From IMG/VR virus record IMGVR_UViG_3300045988_043739, positions 1-44,247 of that record: a stretch of DNA of 44,247 nucleotides, one strand, 5' to 3'. Position numbers and translations under genes: made by a program. Source of the stretch: a virus. Position 1 is the stretch's first letter. Each line of letters opens with the position of its first letter. The notes under the pieces are model-generated. The model searched no databases and had not been told where the DNA came from. It saw only the letters and a list, made by a program, of their open reading frames with translations. Shown in pieces: positions 17,225-25,151 of the stretch.

Positions 17225-17359
17225 ATGGTGCTGAAAGTTATAGCGCTTTGTCTATCCAGTTTTGCACTGGGTTGGAGTTGTTGCAGTATCGTCTATCGGA
17301 TCGCATTGTTACGAGAGGATAGACACAAGAGAGAGAACAAGACCGGCCGTTCCGACTAA
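17225..17359 (+). CDS. Possible 44-aa hydrophobic peptide (not in ORF track)
   Basis: GGAGGTG lies 8 nt upstream of ATG 17225. Translation MVLKVIALCLSSFALGWSCCSIVYRIALLREDRHKRENKTGRSD is a TM plus a charged tail. Its 3' end overlaps the convergent minus-strand gene by 51 nt. Confidence 0.35.
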   Translation: MVLKVIALCLSSFALGWSCCSIVYRIALLREDRHKRENKTGRSD

Positions 17360-17539
17360 CGCGGCGAAAATCGCAACAGCAAGGTTGATGCGATTCCATT
17401 TCAGCGCGAATCGGCGTTCTTCTACGTCAGATTTTTCGCGTTGCTGGCGTTCATCTTCAAGCTGCTTCAACATGGATTCACGAAATTCCAATTCGGCTTC
17501 TTGCTCGATACGGCGAAGCTCTGAACCTAAGTGCATCAT
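17309..17539 (-). CDS. Tail-anchored small membrane protein, antisense to the early operon
   Basis: 76 aa. AAGGAGGTG RBS. Charged coiled N-terminus and C-terminal TM (LAVAIFAALVGTAGLVLSLVSILS). It has its own TGgTATAAT promoter. Confidence 0.65.
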   Translation of the reverse strand: MMHLGSELRRIEQEAELEFRESMLKQLEDERQQREKSDVEERRFALKWNRINLAVAIFAALVGTAGLVLSLVSILS

Positions 17540-17561
17540 ATCAACACCTCCTTTCCCGGCT

Positions 17562-17570
17562 ATTATACCA
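17562..17570 (-). promoter_or_regulatory. Extended -10 promoter (TGgTATAAT) for the 76-aa minus-strand gene
   Basis: The reverse complement of TATTATACCA reads TGGTATAATA. It lies about 22 nt upstream of the ATG, just ahead of the RBS. Confidence 0.55.
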
Positions 17571-17606
17571 CGGTCGGGAAGGGGCGAACAAGCGGAGGTG
17601 ATACCG

Positions 17607-17717
17607 ATGTATATTCACCCGTTCGTTGCCGGAGTGCTGGCAACACTGGGCGTAGAAATGGCGCTGCTTATTGTGTGTGCAATGCTGCGTGGCGGCAACA
17701 ACGATGATGAGCGATAG
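17607..17717 (+). CDS. Possible 36-aa hydrophobic peptide
   Basis: GGAGGTG lies 6 nt upstream of ATG 17607. Translation MYIHPFVAGVLATLGVEMALLIVCAMLRGGNNDDER. It is the C-terminal part of the implausible 151-aa track ORF 17262-17717. Confidence 0.4.
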   Translation: MYIHPFVAGVLATLGVEMALLIVCAMLRGGNNDDER

Positions 17718-17784
17718 CACACCATCAACACACTAAGCAACAGACCGATAACAAACCATCAACACACCAATAACACACAGAAAG
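17718..17784 (+). repeat. Iteron array A: six tandem ~11-nt units CA(C/A)ACC(N)ATAA
   Basis: cacaccatcaa / cacactaagcaa / cagaccgataa / caaaccatcaa / cacaccaataa / cacacagaaag. The top strand is almost free of G. Confidence 0.8.
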
Positions 17785-17799
17785 CGGAGGGTTGAACGA

Positions 17800-18021
17800 A
17801 TGACAGCAACAGAATTAAGCAACCGCAGACGCACGGTTGAAGGCCGTTTGCGCACGTTCGCAGGGTGCGAATATATTACCACAAAACAGTTAAAAGACTG
17901 GTTTGGCGTTAGTTATCGTACCGTACAGCGTTATTTAGATGGTGTTCCGCGTTTAAACGGCGGTCGCTATCATGTGGCCGATGTGGCTAACCGATTGGTG
18001 CAGGCGGAAGCGTCTGCGTAA
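17800..18021 (+). CDS. Small HTH DNA-binding protein (73 aa) bracketed by iterons
   Basis: GGAGGG RBS. TTKQLKDWFGVSYRTVQRYLDGV is an HTH, and the size and shape fit an excisionase/MerR-like protein. Confidence 0.65.
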   Translation: MTATELSNRRRTVEGRLRTFAGCEYITTKQLKDWFGVSYRTVQRYLDGVPRLNGGRYHVADVANRLVQAEASA

Positions 18022-18098
18022 CACTCCAACAACAGACCATCAACACACAGATAACACACAATCAACAAACCGATAACACACCGATAACAAACCAAGGA
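18022..18098 (+). repeat. Iteron array B: seven exact-phase 11-nt units
   Basis: cactccaacaa / cagaccatcaa / cacacagataa / cacacaatcaa / caaaccgataa / cacaccgataa / caaaccaagga. Confidence 0.8.
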
Positions 18099-18134
18099 AT
18101 AAGAAAGAAAGTAACAAAGAAAGAAAAGAAGTAT

Positions 18135-18220
18135 ATATATATTCTCCCTACGGTCGAATATATATTAATTTAACTTTCTAAGAAAGAAAAGAATAACACT
18201 CTCACTACGTTCGAGTGTTA
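18135..18220. repeat. Twin stem-loops with conserved 11-nt loops in an A/T- and purine-rich tract
   Basis: ATATATATTC-TCCCTACGGTC-GAATATATAT (18135-18165) and TAACACTC-TCACTACGTTC-GAGTGTTA (18194-18220). Each is preceded by AAGAAAGAAAAGAA. Confidence 0.7.
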
Positions 18221-18249
18221 CAAGAAACCGCGAAAGGGGATTGAAACCA

Positions 18250-18459
18250 ATGACCTACAAACACTACGGATGGCTTGCAGGAATGTGCTTTCTCGGAACG
18301 CTGATTTCCGGCGGTATGACCGAGAACGGCCGGATTGACCTGTTCAGCGGAGCAGCTATCATGTTCGCCTTGCTGGCTGTCGGCATGGTGAGCGCAAGGG
18401 CAAGCCTGTTGCTTGCGGCATGCGAGCAGCAGAAACGCTATCGCGGTCGTTACCGCTGA
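18250..18459 (+). CDS. Two-TM small membrane protein
   Basis: ORF 18241-18459 (TTG). ATG 18250 is preferred. Hydrophobic segments are WLAGMCFLGTLISGG and AAIMFALLAVGMV. Confidence 0.55.
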   Translation: MTYKHYGWLAGMCFLGTLISGGMTENGRIDLFSGAAIMFALLAVGMVSARASLLLAACEQQKRYRGRYR

Positions 18460-18475
18460 GGGGAGAAAACAGGAT

Positions 18476-18631
18476 ATGACGGAAGCGAGAAGGAAAACGC
18501 TGAAAGTCAAAGACATGCAGCGCCGGGTTATCGGCAAGGCGATGAACGCCGCGAAGTACGGCTTGCAGATGCGCGAGAGCGCAAAGACGATCAGCATGAG
18601 AACGGAGGACAAGCATGGTAGTAAAAATTAA
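18476..18631 (+). CDS. Small basic protein (51 aa)
   Basis: Internal ATG of ORF 18413-18631, preceded by GGGGAGAAAACAGGAT. K/R-rich. Confidence 0.4.
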   Translation: MTEARRKTLKVKDMQRRVIGKAMNAAKYGLQMRESAKTISMRTEDKHGSKN

Positions 18632-18890
18632 CGGCTCGGTGATTGACATGGCGCGGGTGATGCGGTTTGCACCACACAAGAAGGACGGACTGGACTTTCG
18701 ACCGGAGGATGTATGCACACTGGACGAACTGGAGCAGCGCTGCGAGAAGATGGCAAAGATGCCGACACAGCAGGTTAAGACCGTAGATCGCATGGGATGG
18801 CGGTTTGTGCTGCTGAAAGATATCTACGGCAACACGTTCCCGCAGTGTTTCGCGCCAATCAGCGGCGAGTTGGAATACCTGCAGGAATGA
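18615..18890 (+). CDS. Hypothetical protein
   Basis: GGAGG RBS. 91 aa. No motif recognised. Confidence 0.6.
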   Translation: MVVKINGSVIDMARVMRFAPHKKDGLDFRPEDVCTLDELEQRCEKMAKMPTQQVKTVDRMGWRFVLLKDIYGNTFPQCFAPISGELEYLQE

Positions 18891-18979
18891 GAAAAGCCGC
18901 TGACGGGTGGTAGGACACCCAATCAGCGGCATGCAAAAACATTACACGGTGATTATAGCACCGAACGGAGGAAAACGCA

Positions 18980-19237
18980 ATGGCAAAAGACAAGAAGCTG
19001 TTTCGCAAGCTGATGGATTTGATTCTCGAAAAAGAACCGGAAACGCCGGTGATGATGAACATTTCGGCGCTGACTTGCACTGCAGAAGTGTGGTTTTTTG
19101 AGGTGGTAAACGGCGATGAGCTAAAGACGAAAGAGTGCTATCGCCGCAGCAACGGATACTGGGAGAAATGGGACAAGGACAACCGCGTAACCTTTGCCTC
19201 GGAGAAGCAGGTATTGGAGGCACTGCGCAATGCGTGA
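18980..19237 (+). CDS. Hypothetical protein
   Basis: GGAGG RBS. 85 aa. Confidence 0.6.
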   Translation: MAKDKKLFRKLMDLILEKEPETPVMMNISALTCTAEVWFFEVVNGDELKTKECYRRSNGYWEKWDKDNRVTFASEKQVLEALRNA

Positions 19238-19448
19238 TACTATCACCGGATGCCCCGAGCGGGCATTAGAGCCGACGGAGAGGGCAGATCAGGAGCGGCT
19301 TAACCGGTTGCAGGATATGCGCGAGGCGGAAACAGCTATCGGGCTGTATCTGGAGGATTACAAACACCTATTCAGCATCGAGATTAAGAACTTCTTGCTT
19401 GATTTACGGATTGCTGTGCAGGAATTTGAACAGGAGGACGAACCATGA
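19230..19448 (+). CDS. Hypothetical protein
   Basis: ORF 19194-19448. ATG 19230 has GGAGG 9 nt upstream. ATGA overlap with the next gene. Confidence 0.55.
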   Translation: MRDTITGCPERALEPTERADQERLNRLQDMREAETAIGLYLEDYKHLFSIEIKNFLLDLRIAVQEFEQEDEP

Positions 19449-19933
19449 ATTTATACGAATTGACGCAGGAATTTGCGACTGCAATGCAGGCTATCACGGT
19501 AGACCCGGAGACCGGCGAAGTCAGCGGCTTTGAGGCTGTAGACGGTCTGGACGCGGCGTTTGAGGACAAGGCCGAAGCGTATGCCGTCACCATCAAGAAC
19601 CTTGACGCAGAGATTAAGGCGCTCAAGAACGAGCGGGACAATCTCAAGGCGCGAGAGGATGCGACCAAGAAGCGCATGGAGTACATGAAGCAGCACCTTG
19701 CGGACAGTATGCTTGCTGTAGGCAAAGACAAGATCAGCACGGCCAAGGCGGCGCTGTCGTTCCGCAAGAGTATGCAGGTGAACATTACGAGCGACGTAAT
19801 GGTGCCGGATGATCTGTGCAAGGTGATTATCGACCGCAAGCCGGACAAGACGGCAATCGGCAAGCTGCTGAAATCCGGTGAGGCCGTACCGGGCGCGGAG
19901 CTGGTAGAAAACATGAATTTGCAGGTGAAGTGA
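19445..19933 (+). CDS. Siphovirus Gp157-family protein
   Basis: MNLYELTQEF...FEDKAEAYAVTIKNLDAEIKALKNERDNLKAR, with overall length and layout typical of Sipho_Gp157. Precedes ERF. Confidence 0.8.
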   Translation: MNLYELTQEFATAMQAITVDPETGEVSGFEAVDGLDAAFEDKAEAYAVTIKNLDAEIKALKNERDNLKAREDATKKRMEYMKQHLADSMLAVGKDKISTAKAALSFRKSMQVNITSDVMVPDDLCKVIIDRKPDKTAIGKLLKSGEAVPGAELVENMNLQVK

Positions 19934-19934
19934 T

Positions 19935-20585
19935 ATGGCAGAAATTTATCAGGCGATTATCGGCGTTATGTCCGATATTGGCGTAATCGGAAAAGAAAAG
20001 CGTAACACACAGCAGGGGTTTAAGTATCGCGGTGTTGACGACGTTATGAACGCTTTGCAGCCGGTTATGGTGCAGCACGGATTGTTTGTTGTGCCGGAGA
20101 TCATCGACCAGAAGCGCGAGGAGCGGCAGACGAACCGAGGCGGAAATCTGATTTACTCGGTCTGCACGGTGCGGTACACGTTTTACGCCAAGGACGGCAG
20201 CAGCGTACAGTGCGTTGTGATCGGTGAGGGCATGGACAGCGGCGACAAGGCAACCAATAAGGCCATGAGCATTGCATTTAAGTATGCTTGCTTTCAGGTG
20301 TTCTGCATCCCCACCGAGGAAATGAAAGACCCTGACGCAGAGGTACACGAGGTAGTACCGAAGAATGAGCCTGCGGAGAAGCCGGCTGTAACGGCTGTTA
20401 AGGCAAAGGCGAATGAAGTCAAGCGGCTGTTAGTCAAAGTGTGCGGCGGAGACAAGGAAGCGGCACAGCAGGCATGGAACGAGGAATACAAGAAAGATTC
20501 CGGCGATATTGTGAAGATGAACGCTGCGCTGATTGAGCTGGGCGAGAAACTCAAAGTGTTAGAGGCTATGAGCCATGACGCATGA
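19935..20585 (+). CDS. erf: ERF-family single-strand annealing protein
   Basis: GFKYRGVDDVMNALQPVMVQHGLFVVP ... GDKATNKAMSIAFKYA is the ERF core pattern. Confidence 0.8.
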   Translation: MAEIYQAIIGVMSDIGVIGKEKRNTQQGFKYRGVDDVMNALQPVMVQHGLFVVPEIIDQKREERQTNRGGNLIYSVCTVRYTFYAKDGSSVQCVVIGEGMDSGDKATNKAMSIAFKYACFQVFCIPTEEMKDPDAEVHEVVPKNEPAEKPAVTAVKAKANEVKRLLVKVCGGDKEAAQQAWNEEYKKDSGDIVKMNAALIELGEKLKVLEAMSHDA

Positions 20586-21111
20586 GTTTGACAGGGCGCA
20601 GGTAGTGCACAATGACCTCGGCAACTGGCTTTGCCTGCACGTCAAGAACGCGCCTATGGCGCGCGTAGAGTGCGAGCAGATGAAGGAGGGCAAGACCTAT
20701 ACCGCCGAGGTCAAGAAGAAATACGACAAACGCTCAGGACGGGCAAACGCTTATGCGTGGGCTTGCATGGGGAAACTGGCTGCAAAGCTGGGAATCAAGC
20801 GGGAGGAAGTCTATCGACAGTACATCCCGGAAATCGGCGAGAATTACCGGCTTGTGCCGTATGTGAACGGTCAGCAGAGAGACTTTATCGCTGACCTGTG
20901 GAGCAAGCAAGGCCTCGGATGGGTAACGCAGGATTGCAATGGCGGTTATCTGATGTGCTTCTACGGGTCGAGCACTTACAACACCTTACAGATGGGTCGG
21001 CTTATCAATCTGATCGTGCAGGACTGCAAGGAGCAGGGTATTGAAACCGAACCGGAGAGTACGGTGATTGGTTGGCTGAGTAAATGGAAGCCGGAGGAGC
21101 GCGGGGTATGA
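20575..21111 (+). CDS. NinB/Orf-like recombination protein (tentative)
   Basis: RSGRANAYAWACMGKLA and YGSSTYNTLQMGRLINLIVQDCKEQGIET parallel lambda NinB RSLDQNRKLWACLGDVS and GQSTSRMRVGEFAELLELIQAFG (compared from memory). Confidence 0.45.
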   Translation: MTHEFDRAQVVHNDLGNWLCLHVKNAPMARVECEQMKEGKTYTAEVKKKYDKRSGRANAYAWACMGKLAAKLGIKREEVYRQYIPEIGENYRLVPYVNGQQRDFIADLWSKQGLGWVTQDCNGGYLMCFYGSSTYNTLQMGRLINLIVQDCKEQGIETEPESTVIGWLSKWKPEERGV

Positions 21112-21275
21112 AGTGGAGAAACTACAAGAGATTTGTAAGAAACCCCGGCGAATTTTCGCACAAATACGAGTGCTGGGCTTATAACCACAGAGGTTGGGCA
21201 AAGATGAAAAAAGCAAATCGCCGGACGGCAAAGCGCAGACTGGAACGCGCGGCGAGAAAGGACATGGAAGAATGA
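21108..21275 (+). CDS. Small basic protein (55 aa)
   Basis: ATGA overlaps at both ends. K/R-rich. Confidence 0.45.
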   Translation: MKWRNYKRFVRNPGEFSHKYECWAYNHRGWAKMKKANRRTAKRRLERAARKDMEE

Positions 21276-21577
21276 GACGGCAGACCAAGTTTACCGGCAT
21301 TAGCCCGGCGGTATGGCGCGAATGCTGGGAGCGGGACGGCGGCATTTGCCGCCACTGCGGGAAAGGCGGAGTGTTGCAGGCGGCACATTATATCAGCAGA
21401 GCACGCGGCGGCATGGGTATCCCGACAAACCTTGTGATGCTGTGCCCGGAGTGTCACAGAGAGGCAGATCAGGGCGACGGCAAGGAAATCAAGCGGGAAA
21501 TGCGGGAGTACCTGCAAAGCCTCTATCCCATGTGGAGCGAGGAAAACCAGAAGTATACGAAAGGGACGGGACGATAA
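21272..21577 (+). CDS. HNH endonuclease
   Basis: CRHCGKGGVLQAAHYISRARGG...NLVMLCPECH. Start chosen at the ATGA overlap 21272. Confidence 0.75.
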   Translation: MRRQTKFTGISPAVWRECWERDGGICRHCGKGGVLQAAHYISRARGGMGIPTNLVMLCPECHREADQGDGKEIKREMREYLQSLYPMWSEENQKYTKGTGR

Positions 21578-21760
21578 ATGGAAAAGCTGTTACTTACGCG
21601 CAAGGAAGCGGCGGACGCGCTGAACATCAGCGTGGACACACTGGACGAAATCCACAAGGCGGGTTATATCCGCTGCGTGCGTATCGGCGCTCGGGTGTAT
21701 TACACGCCGGAGGAACTGAAATCGTACATCACGAAGGAGATTTGCAATTATGCTGAATAA
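21578..21760 (+). CDS. HTH_17/excisionase-type DNA-binding protein
   Basis: LLTRKEAADALNISVDTLDEIHKAGYIRCVRIGARVYYTPEEL. Confidence 0.65.
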   Translation: MEKLLLTRKEAADALNISVDTLDEIHKAGYIRCVRIGARVYYTPEELKSYITKEICNYAE

Positions 21761-22145
21761 GGGAATTTTAATGGGTCGGCTGACGCGCGACCCGGAGCTG
21801 AGACATACGCAGAGCGGCACGGCGGTTTGTTCGTTCACGCTGGCGATTGACCGTGACCGCAAGGACGCGAACGGCGAGAAACAGACAGACTTTATCGACT
21901 GCGTTGCATGGGGCAAGCAGGCAGAGTTTGTTTCGCAGTGGTTCAGCAAGGGGATGATGGCAATCGTTGTTGGCCGTATCCAGTCCCGCAAGTGGCAAGA
22001 CCAGAACGGTAACAACCGCACTGCGATTGAGATCAACTGCGAGGATGTTTCCTTCGGTGAGACGAAGAAGAACCGCGAACAGAACAGCGGTAACAGCGAT
22101 TTTATTCCGACCGACGAGGCGGACGATGACGAACCGCCGTTTTAA
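21750..22145 (+). CDS. ssb: Single-stranded DNA-binding protein
   Basis: GRLTRDPELRHTQSGTAVCSFTLAIDR...DFIDCVAWGKQAEFV, with an acidic tail ending DDDEPPF. Confidence 0.95.
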   Translation: MLNKGILMGRLTRDPELRHTQSGTAVCSFTLAIDRDRKDANGEKQTDFIDCVAWGKQAEFVSQWFSKGMMAIVVGRIQSRKWQDQNGNNRTAIEINCEDVSFGETKKNREQNSGNSDFIPTDEADDDEPPF

Positions 22146-22161
22146 CAGGTGGTGAGGGACG

Positions 22162-22881
22162 ATGAACGGGCACATAAAACTGCACCGTGCGCTTACAGAG
22201 TGGGGATGGTATACAGACCTCCCCACCTGCAAGCTATGGCTTCACATCCTGTTGAGAGCCAATTACAAGGCTTGTGAGTGGCAGGGGATAGAAATACCGC
22301 GCGGTGCGTTTGCAACAAGTTACGCGGCACTCTCGGCGGAAAGTGGACTGTCTGTACAGCAGGTACGGACAGCACTCGGTAAACTGAAAAAGACCGGCGA
22401 AATCACGGTGGAAACCAATCGGCACTACACCGTGATTACCGTCAGCAAGTATGACGAGTACCAAAGTTGCGAGCGGGACGAAGTGCCGGAACCGGCAAAA
22501 TGTCCGCCGAAGCCTAAAGCGCCAAAGCCAGAAAAGCCAAAAGAGCCGGACTGGACGGAACGGTTTAACGAACCGGTACGCTCAGCGGTCGAGGATTGGC
22601 TCAGATACAAAGCTGAACGCAGGGAAGGGTACAAGCCAACAGGATTAAAAAGCCTGCTCAGTGCCATTGAGAACCGCGTAAAGCAGCACGGAGAACAGGC
22701 AGTAGCCGAGGTTATCCGGCTGAGTATGTCGCAAGGTTGGAAGGGTATCATTTGGGACAGAATCGGAGACAAGCCGAAGAAAACCAAAACGGATGCGCCG
22801 ATGTTTAACGGTGCGCCCGCCGCCAGTGACTGGGAAAATGAGTGGGCGGCACGAGTGAAAGCCAGCAGAGGTGAAAGGTGA
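22162..22881 (+). CDS. Replication initiator / replisome-organiser-like protein
   Basis: N-terminal KLHRALTEWGWYTD...LWLHILLRANY...GLSVQQVRTALGKLKKTGEI (winged-helix type common in phage replication proteins). Pro/Lys linker. Helical C-terminal domain. Confidence 0.5.
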   Translation: MNGHIKLHRALTEWGWYTDLPTCKLWLHILLRANYKACEWQGIEIPRGAFATSYAALSAESGLSVQQVRTALGKLKKTGEITVETNRHYTVITVSKYDEYQSCERDEVPEPAKCPPKPKAPKPEKPKEPDWTERFNEPVRSAVEDWLRYKAERREGYKPTGLKSLLSAIENRVKQHGEQAVAEVIRLSMSQGWKGIIWDRIGDKPKKTKTDAPMFNGAPAASDWENEWAARVKASRGER

Positions 22882-23258
22882 AATTTGTAATCAAAGGCCC
22901 GCTGCCGGGACTGAATGAGCTGATCGAGGCGGAACGGCGCAATCGGTACTTAGGCGCACAGCTCAAGAAGAAGTGCGAAACCGTTGTGATGCACGCGGCA
23001 CGGCAACTTGGCGGTGCGGAGTTTCAGGAGCCGGTGTATATGATATATCACTGGTACGAGAAGGACCGACGGCGGGACAAGGACAATATCTGCGCGTTTG
23101 GCAGAAAGGTTATTCAGGACGCGCTGGTCAAGGCGCGGTATCTGAGCAACGACGGATGGAAGAATATCCGAGGGTTTGAAGATCACTTTGAGGTGGATTC
23201 CAAACACCCGCGGGTTGAGGTTGAGATTTTGGGAGCGGATGAGGATGAAACAGGTTAA
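22878..23258 (+). CDS. rusA: RusA-family Holliday junction resolvase
   Basis: GTG start. DRRRDKDNICAFGRKVIQDALVKARYLSNDGW matches the RusA catalytic Asp region. Confidence 0.8.
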   Translation: MKFVIKGPLPGLNELIEAERRNRYLGAQLKKKCETVVMHAARQLGGAEFQEPVYMIYHWYEKDRRRDKDNICAFGRKVIQDALVKARYLSNDGWKNIRGFEDHFEVDSKHPRVEVEILGADEDETG

Positions 23259-24063
23259 ATGCGAGTTGTTCTGCGATAATTTCCAGAACTACAAGCGTTA
23301 CGGAATTCCGAAAGCACAGCTTGTGATTGCGGATATTCCGTATAACATCGGTGCGGACGCATACGGAAGCAATCCAATGTGGTATGTAGGCGGCGACAAC
23401 AAGAACGGAGAAAGTGCAAAGGCGAAAAGCAGCTTTTTCCGCACGGACGGCTATTTCAAGATTGCCGAATATATGCACTTCTGCAACCGGCTTTTGAAGA
23501 AAGAACCAAAGGAACGCAACGCTGCACCGGCGATGATCGTATTCTGCGCGTTCGACCAGATGCAGACGGTGATGGAGTATGGCAGACGGTACGGGTTCAA
23601 GAATAGCTATCCACTGTTTTTCACGAAGCCGTATTCCGCACAGGTGCTTAAAGCGAATATGCGGATTGTAGGCGCAACTGAGTTTGCGGTTGTGCTGTAC
23701 CGGGACAAGCTGCCGAAGTTCAACAACGGCAGGCGGTATGACGAGAACGGCAAGGTCGTTCGCGGGAGCGGCAAGATGGTGTTTGACCATATCGACTGGG
23801 AACGCGACGGCAGAGAAGTACCAAAGCTGCACCCGACACAGAAGCCGGTGAAGCTGCTGAAAAAGCTGATTGAGATTTTCACAGACCCGGGCGATGTGGT
23901 GATTGACCCATGCGCCGGAAGCGGTTCGACACTCAGAGCGTCGCGGGAGCTGGGGCGCGATAGTTACGGATTTGAAATCTGCAAGGAGTTTTACCGCGAT
24001 GCGGTGGAAAAGATGCTGAAAGAGCCGGAAACGGTACAGATTGGATTGGAAGGTGTGGTGTGA
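23239..24063 (+). CDS. DNA methyltransferase (N6-adenine/N4-cytosine, ParB-less beta class)
   Basis: ADIPYN (motif IV-like), HPTQKP, VIDPCAGSGST (motif I). The start (23239 or 23245) is uncertain. Confidence 0.85.
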   Translation: MRMKQVKCELFCDNFQNYKRYGIPKAQLVIADIPYNIGADAYGSNPMWYVGGDNKNGESAKAKSSFFRTDGYFKIAEYMHFCNRLLKKEPKERNAAPAMIVFCAFDQMQTVMEYGRRYGFKNSYPLFFTKPYSAQVLKANMRIVGATEFAVVLYRDKLPKFNNGRRYDENGKVVRGSGKMVFDHIDWERDGREVPKLHPTQKPVKLLKKLIEIFTDPGDVVIDPCAGSGSTLRASRELGRDSYGFEICKEFYRDAVEKMLKEPETVQIGLEGVV

Positions 24064-24160
24064 ATGGTTGAGGAAGCAGTTTTGAACGCTGCACCGGAGA
24101 ATGAGGTTCAGACGATGAAAGTTTTAATTGTCTGTGAGGAATCATGGGAGGAACAGAATA

Positions 24161-24382
24161 ATGACATTAGTTGAATTACAGGACGTATTAGGCCGCCGCA
24201 TTGAGATTGCGGAAAATCCGGATATGGATATTGCACAGCGCAAGGAAGAAACCGAGATTTCGCAGACCATTGCGAGCCTTGCAAAACAGATGATCAACAA
24301 CGCAGACATTGTACTGCGTGCTGAGAAGCTGATGGGCGAGGGCAAACTGGTAAACAGCAACATCGAAAAGATGATTCGATGA
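24161..24382 (+). CDS. Hypothetical protein
   Basis: GGGAGG RBS. 73 aa. Confidence 0.55.
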   Translation: MTLVELQDVLGRRIEIAENPDMDIAQRKEETEISQTIASLAKQMINNADIVLRAEKLMGEGKLVNSNIEKMIR

Positions 24383-24939
24383 GCCGTCATCATAGATACA
24401 CACAGGAGCAGGAGCAGTTTCTGCGGGAGCAGATCGGCGTATGCGACAGCTATGCCGACCTGACCCAGCGGTTCAATGCGCGGTTCGGCACGGCGCTCCG
24501 GCAGCACAGCGTGCAGGATAAGTGTACCAAGCAGATGAAAATCCACCGCGGCAGGAACAGCGGACAGTTTGCAAAGCACGGTCAGCCGCGTGCACTGCCG
24601 ATAGGAACGGTGCGCCGAAGCCAGACGGGAACGTACATCAAGGTGCGCGAAGTGCCGGTGGACGCGCATATTTCTGGCTACGCAAGACCGTACTGGATAC
24701 CGTTGCAGGAAAAGGTCTGGACAGATGCGCACGGTAGTGTTCCGGCAGGGCATATGATCTGCTTTCTGGACGGGAACACGCAGAATTTTGCACCGGATAA
24801 TCTGTATCCGATCACACGCGCCGCAAGCGTGCGTATGGCGCAGAATAAATGGTGGTCGAGTGACCCGCGCATTACCAAGACCGGGATTATGTATTGCAAT
24901 TTGATGATTGCGTTGAGGAGGAAACGCGAATGCGACTAA
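24379..24939 (+). CDS. HNH homing-endonuclease-like protein (HNH_3 type)
   Basis: GHMICFLDGNTQNFAPDNLYPITRA. Confidence 0.65.
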   Translation: MSRHHRYTQEQEQFLREQIGVCDSYADLTQRFNARFGTALRQHSVQDKCTKQMKIHRGRNSGQFAKHGQPRALPIGTVRRSQTGTYIKVREVPVDAHISGYARPYWIPLQEKVWTDAHGSVPAGHMICFLDGNTQNFAPDNLYPITRAASVRMAQNKWWSSDPRITKTGIMYCNLMIALRRKRECD

Positions 24940-25151
24940 AGTGTTGGTACGGCATCCATGAGCCGAGCGGAGAAAGCATTATTCCGGCGGTTGATGAGTG
25001 CTGGCTGAAAAAGTGCAAGTATTGCAATCGGTATATTCTGCACGGCGTAGGCTGCTCGGTTGATGTTTCCAAAAGGAAAGCAATGAAGCTGAGAGACGAG
25101 ATTTGTCGAGAGTTAGGAGAATTGAGATTAGGGAGGGTTAGGAATGGTTGA
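24930..25151 (+). CDS. Hypothetical Cys-containing protein
   Basis: GGAGGA RBS before ATG 24930. 73 aa. Confidence 0.5.
   Translation: MRLKCWYGIHEPSGESIIPAVDECWLKKCKYCNRYILHGVGCSVDVSKRKAMKLRDEICRELGELRLGRVRNG

Noticed and set aside
17262-17717. 151-aa plus-strand ORF
   Set aside because: Most of it is antisense to the RBS- and promoter-equipped 76-aa gene, and it is S/R-rich. Only its last 36 codons, which have their own GGAGGTG RBS, look plausible.
17718-18098. CRISPR array (also considered for 29109-29440 and 42721-43440)
   Set aside because: The 11-nt units are contiguous with no spacers. The 29-nt boxes are too few and irregular. The 120-bp repeats are in-frame coding repeats. No cas genes are present.
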